Of a stretch of 64,000 bases of DNA, positions 1 through 10,900 are shown in pieces. Numbering within the stretch: the stretch's first letter is position 1; the number at the start of each line of letters is the position of its first letter. The notes below the pieces were generated by a model. That model was given only the letters and a program-made list of their open reading frames with translations. It was not told the DNA's origin and ran no database searches. The stretch comes from a virus. Where the stretch lies: IMG/VR virus record IMGVR_UViG_3300027151_000002, positions 32,001 to 96,000 of that record; one strand, 5' to 3'. A program made the translations under genes and the position numbers.

Positions 1-8
1 ACAATACA

Positions 9-236
9 GTGCATGCTATTAATTGCTTGATTGATGGCACCGCGTTGGAAGTGGGCATACTGTGCCTTATTTCCTGCAAAGAAACCACCATTAGAATAAG
101 CAACGACAATCATTCAATGCTGGTTGAAGTGCCGCCTGAGTTTCGTTCTTCCCATGAGCGAGTGAAGGTGTTCAACGCATTGTTAAACATTCTTGATCAT
201 GAGCAAATACAGCTTCCTAGTCCAAACCAAGACTGA
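9..236 (+). CDS. hypothetical phage protein (possibly 5'-truncated)
   Basis: 75-aa ORF whose frame is open to the window edge; overlaps start of the next gene. Confidence 0.45.
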   Translation: MHAINCLIDGTALEVGILCLISCKETTIRISNDNHSMLVEVPPEFRSSHERVKVFNALLNILDHEQIQLPSPNQD

Positions 237-732
237 AGGCTATTTTGAGCTGCTGCCCGAAATCCGCCTGAAGAAATATGGCAGTTGGCTTGTTGCTGAA
301 TCCATCGAACAGGAGGAAATCAGCAAGCTGCAAAGTCAAGCCACTATTCGCGCCGTTCAGCTTGCAAAGCGCATTGCTGCCTCGCGTGAGATTCCCCTGG
401 ATGAGGCCTTTGCACTGCTGCAAGGCGGTGGTTCCATTTCGGAAGCCGAGCTGCTCTCTGAATTCACAGAGGAGACACTGAGCATGATCACCAGTGGTTC
501 GTCAGTGGAAGCCACTAACGCTCGAATGGTCACTGCCTTCATCCGTTCTCGTGGGCAGGGTCTTATCGATGGCGAATGGCGCGATCTTGGCGATTGGGAG
601 ATTGAAGACACCAAAAATCTTCCTCGCAAAGCCATTGCAAAAGTGGTTGAGTTTATTGCTGAAGAGCAGAATGCTGAGACGCAGGAGGCTGCAGAAGCAA
701 AAAAAGCGACGAAGAGGAATTCTCCTCAGTAG
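199..732 (+). CDS. tail assembly chaperone (lambda gpG analogue)
   Basis: Acidic helical protein upstream of the TMP; ATG at 199; in-frame A AAA AAA slip site near its 3' end. Confidence 0.75.
   Translation: MSKYSFLVQTKTEGYFELLPEIRLKKYGSWLVAESIEQEEISKLQSQATIRAVQLAKRIAASREIPLDEAFALLQGGGSISEAELLSEFTEETLSMITSGSSVEATNARMVTAFIRSRGQGLIDGEWRDLGDWEIEDTKNLPRKAIAKVVEFIAEEQNAETQEAAEAKKATKRNSPQ
699..705 (+). promoter_or_regulatory. -1 programmed frameshift heptamer A AAA AAA
   Basis: GCA AAA AAA GCG in the gene frame; the -1 frame is open from here to 1172. Confidence 0.75.
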
Positions 733-1172
733 CAGAAAGGCTTGAAGCGCAAGCCAGAAAACAGCTTAAGAGCCTGACAGATTGGAACGAAATCTATTTC
801 AGGCTCTCAGCTTCTGACTTTAAAGACGAGCGATGGAGCGCCAAAAATTTTGGCCTCCAGAAGCTTGATGACGTTAAGCGTGCACTGAAATATCTTGATC
901 GTCATGACATTGCTAAATACAATGTCAGTAGCGTTGCTGTGGCCAAGCTTGGCACCATGGCAGCAGGAATGATGGCGGGCAAGAAGAGCAAGGTGAAGCC
1001 TGAAGATTTCCTGCCGTTTGATACGAAGCAGATCAAGAAGGAAGATGGCGTGACAGATGCAAGCTTGATTGTTCTGCAACGTTTAATGAAGACGAGAAGA
1101 ATGGATGGGCGCGTTATTGCATTGCTTGCTGATGAAATGAAGGCTTTTGCTGGGCGCAATCAGGAACAATGA
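705..1172 (+). CDS. tail assembly chaperone frameshift extension (gpT part of gpGT)
   Basis: -1 frame reads SDEEEFSSVAERLEAQARKQLKSLTDWNEIYFRL... without a stop into ORF 939-1172. Confidence 0.7.
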   Translation, partial: SDEEEFSSVAERLEAQARKQLKSLTDWNEIYFRLSASDFKDERWSAKNFGLQKLDDVKRALKYLDRHDIAKYNVSSVAVAKLGTMAAGMMAGKKSKVKPEDFLPFDTKQIKKEDGVTDASLIVLQRLMKTRRMDGRVIALLADEMKAFAGRNQEQ

Positions 1173-1206
1173 TTATAGAATGAAAGGAATGTAGACGTAA
1201 AGACAG

Positions 1207-4200
1207 ATGGCTCAAGACGCCGAATTGAAGCTGAAGGTAAGTCTTGACCTGGCATTTTTTAGGCAGCAATTAAGCACAATTGGCACGCAACTCGGCGGAC
1301 AGTCTGTTCCCATTGCCATCAGGTTTGACAAGAAAGCAATTGCAGATCAATATCGACTTCTTGATAGGTACATTCGCGGCAAAAAATTTACTGTTGAGCT
1401 GAATCTTGTCGGCGGATTAACAAAAAATGAGTTTGACAAAATCAAAGGAAGGCTTGACGATCTGCGCGAACTTCGCAAGGTAGAAATTCCTGTTGGCATT
1501 AAGAACGGTGCCACTGGTAAGGACGTTGATAAAGTTGTTGCGTCTATTAAGGAAAGGCTTGCTCAAAACCAGCAAATCAAGCAAGGCGGCGGCAAGCTAC
1601 GTATTGCAACCAGCATTAAACCGTCCATCACAAATGCAGATGTTTCGGAATTTAAGAAAGCAGTACAGCAAAAATTATCTGGCATTAGCGTTAAAGTTAA
1701 AGCGGAAGTTGAAAGAGGTTTTTCTGCCGGGCCAACTGGTGCGGCAGGGCTTTTTGAATACATGCGCTCACAGGGCTTATCGGGCGGTAATGTTCCGCAA
1801 GCCACGGAAGTAGGACGTTCTGAGCGACTGAAAAAAGCTCTTGAGGATTTAACCGTCAAGCAACTTCAAGCTCTTGCAAAAGAGCAGGGTATTGGCGGCG
1901 TTTCAAGGCTCAAGAAGGATCCGTTAATTGAAAAGCTTGTTACGGAGTTAAATCAAGACATTGCCGAGAATATTCTTGGTAATATCAAAAACCAATTGCG
2001 CGATGTTGGGAATGGTCCACTTAAAGGAGTTTTAGATACATTTGCGCGTGGCTTATTCAACATGCTTGGCATGGATCCGGCTGCGATGCGTCAGCAAATG
2101 GCTCAGCAACAGGCGGCGCAAGCGGCCAAACTTCAACCATTACCAAAAGTTGCCGGATTACTACCTAGCGTCACGCAGAAAACTTCTATCGCTCAAGGAA
2201 CAGAAGCAATTATTCAGCAACTTATTGGTCAGCAAGCGGGTGGCGAATCTGGCGTGCTAGTAGATACCAAGCGTATTTACGCTGCTTTACAGAAAAATAT
2301 TGAAGACTTCTTGCGCCGCACATTTACTGTAATCGAAGTGGATGTGACTCAGACGACCATGGGAATCAAAGATGCCATGGGGGCGTTCGCCTATTTAGCT
2401 CAAGCATTGCAAGATGCTGAGAGTAGAGCAGTAAAAGCAAAAATTGGAGATGCAGTTAGCTCTCTCATTACAAAGGTAGTAGGAGCTTTGCGCAGTGCAG
2501 AAGCTCAAGCGATAATTCCAGTAAAAGTCGTTGACTATACAGGGCAAAGGAGTGCTCTTCCTCCTACAAGTCCTCGCACTGGCTCTCCACGTTTGGCATT
2601 GCCTGCTACTGGCGGAACCACTCCACCCAGTCAGATGCGTTTCAACGCAGTAACATCCGCTGGCGGCTCTGGAGGCGGTCGTGGAGGTGGTTACGTTCCT
2701 CCGGGCGGTTTCCCGGAAGATAGCCCCCTTGGTGGTCGTCAAGGTCCAGCCACTTTTATTGGCGCTGGTAGCCAAATGGAGAAATTTAAGACTGGGTTAG
2801 ACGTGGCAAGTCAGTCAATGAAACAGTTTCGTGCATCCCAGATTCCTCTTGTTGGCGGCTTAAAGGAAATTGCAAGCGAATTTGGTTTTGCTGTTAAGCA
2901 AGTATTGCTATTTGGTACGGCATATAAAGGGCTTGCATTTGTACAAAGCTTACCGGGGCAAATTCTAAATGCAGCAAAGAGTCAGCAACAATATAACAAT
3001 GCCCTTCAGACTGCCACGCAAGACACTGGCACATTCGCGAAGGAACTTTTGTACGTTGATAACGTACAACGTGCATTTGGCTTAAATCTTGAGACAACGC
3101 GCTCTGGTTTTACAAAACTTTATGCCTCAATGGCTCCCGCTGACTTTGATTCGGGGTCCATTGAAAAGCTATTCACTGGCATCAGTGCAGCCACTGCTGC
3201 ATTGCAACTGACGCCTGATAAAGCCGAGCGCGTTATTTATGCCTTTGGGCAAATGGCAAGCAAAGGCCAAATCATGAGTGAAGAGCTTAAGGGGCAATTG
3301 GGTGATGTGCTACCTGGTGCTCTTGCGATTTTTGCAAAAGCTGCTGGTATGTCCGTCAAGGAATTTAGCAAGGCGATGGAGGACGGCGAGTTTGTTGGCA
3401 GTAAGTTTAGGGATACGTTTGCAAAAGTGGCTGATGAACTGATGACGCGCTTTGGCACCGGAGCGCAAGCGGCAGGACGATCATTGCAAGGTTTATTAAA
3501 CACAGTTCAAGGGGATTTTCAGCGTACTTTAGAAAGCTTTGCTCCTTTGGCAAACGCTGCTGCTCAGGCTATTTTGTTGCCACTTTCAAGCTCATTGTCT
3601 CAATTAAGCAAAGCTGCATCGTTGGCATTTGGAGAACAAGAGCGAGTGAAAAAACAGTTAGAAGATGCGAAATCAAGCGGGGCAAATGCTCAAAGCATTG
3701 CAGCTCTTGCCGCAAAACTTTCTGAGCTGAATGCTGCGGCAAGAGATCCGGCCATTGCTAATCAAGCGAAGGATATTGAAGATTTTGTTACAGAAGTAAC
3801 AAAAGCGGCAAGAGCGGTTAGTGATTTTGCGGGTGGAGTAGGAAGTATTCTCGGCCCAGTTTTTGTGGCTTTGGGAACAAATTTAACTGGCGTTGTAAAC
3901 ACTCTTGCAGTGCTTGCTTTGTCTTTCGCCGCCACGCGAGCGGCGGCAATGCTTGCCATGGGCACCTTGGCCACAATGAATGCAGTGGTCCAAGCGGGCG
4001 GGAGTATCAGCGCTGTTGCCGCAGCACGTGCAACTGTATTGGCTGGCGTTTTGCGTCTTGTTGGCGTTTCAGCCACTGGAGCACAAGTGGCGACGATTGG
4101 ATTTGGAATGGCGGTGAAAGGATTACTGGCTTCTACTGGCATTGGCCTGCTTGTCGTCGCGCTTGGCTCAGTGGCCACGGCATTTTTAAATGTTGGAAAT

Positions 4201-6636
4201 AAAGCCGCAGAAGCTGCAGAAAGAACAAAGACTGCAATGGCAAAAATGCAGGATGCTATCAGGACCGGCAACGTAGAAATTGCCAAGGCTGATTTATACG
4301 AGACTACACGGCGACGCAATGCCATTGAGGATTCAATTAAACTGCTGGACCGTCTTGAACAAAAAGGCAGGAAAGCAGGAAGAGGAAGTACTCAAATTTA
4401 CGCGCAGACGACTCTTGCAGAAAGAATGGAACTTGAAAGGGTTGGATATGACTTACAGGGCAGGACGGAGGTTGACGTTAATCAACTACGAGGGCAAGTT
4501 CCATTATTGCGCAATGAAGCAAAAAATCTAGAGCAGCGTCAAAAAGTTGGAGTGGGACTTGCCGAGCGACAAAGACAAAGAATTGGAATTAACGAGCCAA
4601 AACCCATTGCGACATTGCCTGCCGATTCGGGCACGCAAGGAAAGCGCGAACGTCAGCTTCGTGATTTCAATAGCGAAGCAATAGCTCAATTGCGCGACAA
4701 CCAAAGAATAGCGGAAGAAAAATTAAAGCAACAGCGCCAACTTGAAATTATTGATGAAACCGAGTACGAAATTGCGTCTGCTGCTAACAAGCGCAATTTT
4801 GAGCTGTTAATCATCGACGAAGCCTTGGCGCAAAAGAAGGCTGATATTGGCGAATATCAAGTGGGCGTACGCGAAAAACAATTGGCAGTTTTTGAGAAAC
4901 TAGCAGCAAATGAGCGAGAACTTGTCAAGGAAGAGGAAAAAACTGCAGTTCAAGGCGCAAAAATCAAATTAAAGCGTCCGTTTAAAGATGCAATTAGAGA
5001 TGAAAATATTGAAATACAGAAGCAAGCAATGCTGCTTGAGAATTTAAACAATGGTTATGAGGGATTGACGGCAGAACAAGAAGCAAATCTTATTATTGAA
5101 GATAAAACTAGGGAGTTAAAGGCTAAGCAGCAAAAACTTATTAAAACTGAAATTGAGAACCTAAAAGAAGTAACACTAGAGCGAATTAAAGCGGCGCGTG
5201 CATTGCAGATAGAGCAGACAATTAAAGGTCTCCGAGATCAACTATCCTTATTGAGAGCGATTAGCGAAGAAGAGCAGAAAAGACTTAGGATTGCCCAAGA
5301 AAATAAAGACGCTACGGCAGAACAATTAAATCGCATTTACGATCTTGAAAAAGTTCGCGACAATATTAAAGCTGTTCGCGAGACCATTGATAGCTTTGTC
5401 ACTGAAACTTCTTCCGACTATAAAGGTTTCCTCAAAGAAGTTATTAGCGGCGAAGACGCAGTGGAATCTCTCAAGAAATTCCAAGAAGGTCTCAAGGATA
5501 GAGTGCTGACAATCTTCCTTGACTTTGCCATGGCTCCTGTGGAGAAATTCTTTAAGGAAGGACTTTCTAAATTTGCCATTGAAAACTTCTTCCCGAAAGG
5601 CGCGGCTGAGAATATGCCTGAAGAAACGAAGCCTTCAACTACTCCTATTGAGGCTCAAGACAAAAATACCGAAGAAACTAGGCTTAATACAGAAGCCGTT
5701 AAAGCTAACACTGCTGCTTTAACTGGAACCGGAGGTGCCGCAACAGGCGCCGGACCATATACGCCTCAGTCTGGTGGCATGTTCTCATTGGATTACGCCA
5801 GCGGAAATGCGCTTCAGATACCAGAACTTGGCTCCCTCACTGAAAGCGCCAATGCCTACGCAGAACAATTAGGACAAGTGGACGCTTCAGTTTGGAATAG
5901 CGCAATGACAGTAGGCGCCGCCGGTGAAGAAATGGGACCAAATGGTGCTGCCGGCAAAACTTGGCAGAAAAGTCTGGCAGGTGTTGTTGGCGGTATTGGC
6001 ATGGCTGCTGGTAGCATCATGGGAATCATGGCTGGCATCAATCAAATCAAGGAGGGAGGCACGTCTAACGTGCTTGGTGGTATTGGCATGATTGCCTCCA
6101 TGGCCGGAAGTCTCCTGGGTGGATTTGGCGGCATGTTTGGAGGCGGATCTGCCGGTCAATTCGGAACTAGTTCTTCTTTCAATGGCACTGCAGATGCGCT
6201 CGGAGCTGCTCCATTTGCTCCAAAGCTAGGTGCAGTGTTTGCCAATGGTGGCATTGCCAAAGGAGGCTTCAGGGCATTTGCTAATGGAGGAGTTGTGGGA
6301 GGTCCCACTCTTGGCTTAATGGGCGAAGGCAAGTACAACGAAGCCGTTGTGCCCCTTCCAGACGGTCGCTCCATCCCTGTGCAGCTCGGTGGACGATCTG
6401 CTCGTGATCTCATGGGAGGCGGCGCTCCAGGCATGCCTCAAGCGCCTTCTCTGAGCATGAAGTTTGAAACTACAAAGATCAATGGCGTAGAATACGTTAG
6501 CCGGGAACAATTAGAGCAAGCAATGGCAGAAACTCGTCGCGCTTCCATTGTTGGCGGTGCTCAACGAGGCATGTCAATGACGCTCGATAAGATTAAGCAA
6601 AGCCCATCCACTCGCTCTAGCATTGGTATCCGCTGA
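1207..6636 (+). CDS. tail tape measure protein (1809 aa)
   Basis: Tape-measure motif AFGQMASKGQIMSEELKGQLGDVLPGA, Ala/Gly hydrophobic stretch, coiled coil, C-terminal FANGG...GEG...EAVVPL. Confidence 0.92.
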   Translation: MAQDAELKLKVSLDLAFFRQQLSTIGTQLGGQSVPIAIRFDKKAIADQYRLLDRYIRGKKFTVELNLVGGLTKNEFDKIKGRLDDLRELRKVEIPVGIKNGATGKDVDKVVASIKERLAQNQQIKQGGGKLRIATSIKPSITNADVSEFKKAVQQKLSGISVKVKAEVERGFSAGPTGAAGLFEYMRSQGLSGGNVPQATEVGRSERLKKALEDLTVKQLQALAKEQGIGGVSRLKKDPLIEKLVTELNQDIAENILGNIKNQLRDVGNGPLKGVLDTFARGLFNMLGMDPAAMRQQMAQQQAAQAAKLQPLPKVAGLLPSVTQKTSIAQGTEAIIQQLIGQQAGGESGVLVDTKRIYAALQKNIEDFLRRTFTVIEVDVTQTTMGIKDAMGAFAYLAQALQDAESRAVKAKIGDAVSSLITKVVGALRSAEAQAIIPVKVVDYTGQRSALPPTSPRTGSPRLALPATGGTTPPSQMRFNAVTSAGGSGGGRGGGYVPPGGFPEDSPLGGRQGPATFIGAGSQMEKFKTGLDVASQSMKQFRASQIPLVGGLKEIASEFGFAVKQVLLFGTAYKGLAFVQSLPGQILNAAKSQQQYNNALQTATQDTGTFAKELLYVDNVQRAFGLNLETTRSGFTKLYASMAPADFDSGSIEKLFTGISAATAALQLTPDKAERVIYAFGQMASKGQIMSEELKGQLGDVLPGALAIFAKAAGMSVKEFSKAMEDGEFVGSKFRDTFAKVADELMTRFGTGAQAAGRSLQGLLNTVQGDFQRTLESFAPLANAAAQAILLPLSSSLSQLSKAASLAFGEQERVKKQLEDAKSSGANAQSIAALAAKLSELNAAARDPAIANQAKDIEDFVTEVTKAARAVSDFAGGVGSILGPVFVALGTNLTGVVNTLAVLALSFAATRAAAMLAMGTLATMNAVVQAGGSISAVAAARATVLAGVLRLVGVSATGAQVATIGFGMAVKGLLASTGIGLLVVALGSVATAFLNVGNKAAEAAERTKTAMAKMQDAIRTGNVEIAKADLYETTRRRNAIEDSIKLLDRLEQKGRKAGRGSTQIYAQTTLAERMELERVGYDLQGRTEVDVNQLRGQVPLLRNEAKNLEQRQKVGVGLAERQRQRIGINEPKPIATLPADSGTQGKRERQLRDFNSEAIAQLRDNQRIAEEKLKQQRQLEIIDETEYEIASAANKRNFELLIIDEALAQKKADIGEYQVGVREKQLAVFEKLAANERELVKEEEKTAVQGAKIKLKRPFKDAIRDENIEIQKQAMLLENLNNGYEGLTAEQEANLIIEDKTRELKAKQQKLIKTEIENLKEVTLERIKAARALQIEQTIKGLRDQLSLLRAISEEEQKRLRIAQENKDATAEQLNRIYDLEKVRDNIKAVRETIDSFVTETSSDYKGFLKEVISGEDAVESLKKFQEGLKDRVLTIFLDFAMAPVEKFFKEGLSKFAIENFFPKGAAENMPEETKPSTTPIEAQDKNTEETRLNTEAVKANTAALTGTGGAATGAGPYTPQSGGMFSLDYASGNALQIPELGSLTESANAYAEQLGQVDASVWNSAMTVGAAGEEMGPNGAAGKTWQKSLAGVVGGIGMAAGSIMGIMAGINQIKEGGTSNVLGGIGMIASMAGSLLGGFGGMFGGGSAGQFGTSSSFNGTADALGAAPFAPKLGAVFANGGIAKGGFRAFANGGVVGGPTLGLMGEGKYNEAVVPLPDGRSIPVQLGGRSARDLMGGGAPGMPQAPSLSMKFETTKINGVEYVSREQLEQAMAETRRASIVGGAQRGMSMTLDKIKQSPSTRSSIGIR

Positions 6637-7031
6637 TGGCAGTATTTCCTTCCATTAAACCAACTGGGCGTTCTTATTCTCCAGGACAATTCCCCACTAA
6701 AACTTACCGTGGCCTGTCTGGCGCCACTGTTAAGCGAGTATTTGGTAATCGTTCATTTGGTCACGTTATTGATCTCCAGTTTGAAAACATTTCTGATGCC
6801 AATACGAAAGCCATCCTTGATCATTACTATGGCCAATATGGTAGCTATGCTCGTTTCACGCTTCCTGATACCGTATTCTCTGGCATAAGCACAGATTTGA
6901 AAAACGTTCTACAAGCTCCTGCTAATATCCTGTGGGAATATGCTGAACCGCCGCAAGTGGAAAGCGTGTTCAATGGACGCAGCACTGTTACAGTGAGACT
7001 TATTGGTGAGTTGGATTATTCTGGCGTTTGA
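6636..7031 (+). CDS. distal tail (Dit)/minor tail protein
   Basis: 131-aa beta-rich ORF translationally coupled directly after the TMP. Confidence 0.6.
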   Translation: MAVFPSIKPTGRSYSPGQFPTKTYRGLSGATVKRVFGNRSFGHVIDLQFENISDANTKAILDHYYGQYGSYARFTLPDTVFSGISTDLKNVLQAPANILWEYAEPPQVESVFNGRSTVTVRLIGELDYSGV

Positions 7032-7033
7032 TT

Positions 7034-7570
7034 ATGGCAACTACCACTGTCCACATTGCTAATTTTGCGCAGATAAAAATTCCAGCGACCAAGACTAGGC
7101 CAGAAATCAATCATTTTTATCAAAACTATTTTTTTGGTAAAGACTTTGCAGCAGTGCCAGTACCCGGCACTTCTTCGCCAGTGTATCGTTTTGCTCCTTT
7201 TAGAGCGGAAGGAGCGCTAGCGGCATTGAACGGAGACAATGAAATCTTACGCTTATTATTTCCTCATAGTGAATTTACAATTGCGATGGTCGAGGAAGGC
7301 AATGGCAATAGACTTAGTCAGCTTACGTTAAAAACAGTATGGATGGCAAGCACTGGTAATATTACTGATTACGCATCGTATAGTCTTGCTTCTGCTACGG
7401 CACAATATGAAGAATCCTACGTGGGAGTGGGCGCTTCATTTGATGATACAACTGTAGAACTGCGCTTTCGATCTGCAATGGATAGCGTGGGTGCGAGTTT
7501 TCCTCGTCGCACATTCACGTCTGAAAACGTTGGAATTTTACCGTTGAACGCAGAAGTTAATTTACGATGA
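7034..7570 (+). CDS. tail tip protein (gpL-like position)
   Basis: Position between Dit and the NlpC-like gene; C-terminal RSAMDSVGASFPRRTF. Confidence 0.5.
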   Translation: MATTTVHIANFAQIKIPATKTRPEINHFYQNYFFGKDFAAVPVPGTSSPVYRFAPFRAEGALAALNGDNEILRLLFPHSEFTIAMVEEGNGNRLSQLTLKTVWMASTGNITDYASYSLASATAQYEESYVGVGASFDDTTVELRFRSAMDSVGASFPRRTFTSENVGILPLNAEVNLR

Positions 7571-7962
7571 TTAACGATCTAATCGGACTCACCTATGAGC
7601 GCAGAGCCCGTTTTTGCGAAGGCAATGGAAAGAGTGATTGTTTTATGCTCGTATGTGAAGTGAGACGCCGCCTTGGGCTTCATGATTATGAAGATGAGTT
7701 TCGATGGGCATATGATGAATACGATTCTGGTAATCTACCAATGAAGCGAATTGTAAGATGGCTATTTGAAAACGGCACTAGAACAATGGAAAAAGAAAAT
7801 GGCAACGTTGCCATTATTCTTCCAAAGCCAGGAGGCGAGATAGCAGTTGGGGTGGCTTATGATGGAGGAATACTTACGGTTTCACGAGGAGGCAGATCTT
7901 ACTGGTCTCGCTTGTTTCCATCGTTAAAATTATTCAAAATGCTGCCAGATATTAAACAATGA
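7567..7962 (+). CDS. NlpC/P60-like tail tip assembly protein (gpK-like)
   Basis: LIGLTY...SDCFMLV motif and position before the central tail protein; the catalytic His is not evident. Confidence 0.55.
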   Translation: MINDLIGLTYERRARFCEGNGKSDCFMLVCEVRRRLGLHDYEDEFRWAYDEYDSGNLPMKRIVRWLFENGTRTMEKENGNVAIILPKPGGEIAVGVAYDGGILTVSRGGRSYWSRLFPSLKLFKMLPDIKQ

Positions 7963-10900
7963 GAAAGCTTCTTCCTTACGAGCGTGCTCTTATCGACGCT
8001 TTGCAAATTTCAGAGGAAGAATATTGGCAGTTTTATTTAGCAAGATTAAATTACAGGGACGAAAAACAAGGCACTATTCTTGATGTAAGAATGGGAACGG
8101 GTGCGGAGTGGGCATTGGCCGCCGCGATTGTCTCTATTGTCGGAACTGTTGCACAAGTCGCCGCGACTTTACTTGCTCCAAAGCCAGAGATTCCTGGTCA
8201 AAAGATGGGGAGTCAATCTCGCAACCCATTTTTTGCTCCACGTTACGGATTTAATTCTCTTCAAGAAGTGGCTCGCTATGGAGAGCCCATCAATCTCATC
8301 TATACCAATACTGACGAGAACAAAGCAGCAGGAGGCTTGCGCGTCAACACGTCTCTTGTCTGGTCTGCAGTACATAGCTTTGGTACTAGCCAATACATGC
8401 AAATGCTTGCAGTTATTGGTGCTGGCCCTGTTCAAAGCTTCGACTACGGACGCACCGCTTTTGGTCAAACGCCGCTTAGAGACTTGGCATCTCAACGGTA
8501 TTTTCTTTATGCCAATGAAGCAGAAGGACGACTTTCCTTCAAGGACAAAAAGTTTCCGTCTGATGTGTCAGTTGCGAGTGATCCAATTTATACCACTGAG
8601 AATGATTTAATTTGTTCTGTTATCAAAAACGGACAAAATAGAGCGCAAGGTTATAGTCAAGCCTTTTCACCTACTACAAGCTCTTCGCTGGGTCTGTACG
8701 ACGTGGTGCCATTAAGAGTGCAAGTAGAGGATCGAGACGATGAGGGGCGCCTGCGTCAAGACTCCCTGGGAATTAATGTAACTGAAGGACGAGGAATTTA
8801 TTGGCCGAGCACATGGCCGTCAACAGGTGTAAGGCCATCATTTCCTGTTGGGAATCGACTTACTATTTCTTTTTCGGAAGATGACAATAAACCTACAGAG
8901 CAAGTACAACGTGCAGCTCTTGATTTAAGGAGTGCTTATATTGGTGTGTTTGATTCTGCTAGCACGTACAAAATTGGAGCAGCAAAATTTAAACTTGTAG
9001 CGGATAACATTCGGAGCGGCGTAGACATTGAAGGAACTTTTATTTTTGAATGCACTGAAAGCGGCGTGCTATGTGAAGAGGATTATTCCACTCAACGTTA
9101 TCAGCAAAACGAAGAAGATTTAAGGAGACAGAAGCGAGAAGCAGAAGAACTAATTGCTACGCTTAACGCAGAAAAAGGGGCAGCTTTTGCAGAGCGCTTT
9201 ACTGGGCCTGGATCAGACAGGATTGCGGCGTTTGATGCGGAGCTAGAGGAGATTGATAATGCCATTGAAAGTGCTACTGCCGTTTTGAAGGGCAACCTTT
9301 CAAACAGTGAGCTTTTGAATGTAATCAAAGATGAAGGAGCTTTCAAGGATATTAGGGATACGATTGACAAGATAGAAAACGAAATCAAAGTATTGAACGA
9401 TGAGATTGAGAATTTACAGGACGAGATTTCTGACATCCTTGAAATCGCGCCTGGCAGTAGAACAAACAGACAGAAGGAACGATTAAAAGAAGCAAAAAAA
9501 GAAAAGAAGGACAAAATTAACAAGAAGAAAGAAAAGCGAGTGCAGCTTCGCGATGAATTCGCGAGACTTTCCACTCGCGCCATTGAACAGGGTCTTTATG
9601 ACAGCAATAAGAATACCAATCTCCGAGAAGAGCGAAAGGCGCTAAAGGCTAGGCGCCGTGCGATTACCAAAAAGAGAACTGAAGTTGCAAGCGCTGTTGA
9701 TCGCGATAGTTCAGCAGAAGCCGTGTCTCAATCTGCATGGACGGCAAGCTATGACGCAGCAGTTGCCAATTTAAATCAAATTACCAGGCTATTAAAAAAC
9801 GAAAATTCTTGGAATGACTATTTCAATACAAAATGTATTGCCAAGATTGACGAAATACGCTACGAATGCGTAACAAAATGTGAAGTGGTAAACTTTGCAT
9901 TCAAAGCGAAGGTGTTTCAGCGCATTCAAGGGCGCATGAATAAATATGCAGAAGAGGACCAGCAGGGGCACAAAGATAGTGACAATGGCGTGCGCAATCG
10001 CACTGCCATGTTTTGGTTGTGGTATAAAAAGTCTGATGAAGAAACGTATAAATTAGTCCCATATGTTATTGGCGTTAGGAACGGCAAAGAGCTTGACACT
10101 TATGTTGGGCTACGCTTTATCGCTCCATCGAAAGAAAAATGGCAATTTAAGCTAGAGCCCATTGTTGATCTAGCAGCAGAATTACGCACTCGTAACAATG
10201 GTGCAGATATGCCAATGATTTATCTACGCACTTCTGGATATGGAGGGTCAATTAACGGTCAAACGATTGACTTGGGAGGCGGTTTTTCCATTGTTTACAA
10301 AGGCAAGTCTGCTGAAAATACAAGGCGTGGCATTCCTCCATTGAATCGTGCTCCTAAGTTTGTTGATGAATGGGGGCTGTTTTCTCTGCGTAGCGACACG
10401 CAGATTTCCTTTTCCTTTGAAAGCGGAGCGGAAATCAACTTAGTTGCCGTGACAGAGCAGCAGCAACAAGATCTGACCGACTTCACTTATAAAGACATAT
10501 CTATGCTTGGTCTAAACATTTATAGCGGCCAAGGCGTAAGAGACTTGCGCTCACTTAGTGCATGGGTGAATAAAGGGAAAAAGGTTAGGAAAATTATTGA
10601 CGTCGATGGTAATTATGCGGATGTGCTTTCTGAATCTACAAGTTATGCGCCAGAAATCTTCTTGGATAGTGTGCTTGACAAGGAAAACGGCATTACGGCT
10701 TATGCCAATATCAATGGCATAGACAAAAAGCAGCTTGGTATTTCCCAACAATTTTGCAAAGTAAATGAGCTATTTATGGACGGCGTGATCGCCGATCCTG
10801 CGTCGTGGCGGGAATTTTGGTCGCAAGTTGCTCCATTTAGCCTGCTGGAATTTGCCCGCATTGGAGGCAAGGAAACTTTAATTCCTGCTGTGCCTTACGA

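Noticed and set aside
939-1172. Independent 77-aa gene
   Set aside because: Better explained as the 3' part of the frameshift product; the frame is open from 705
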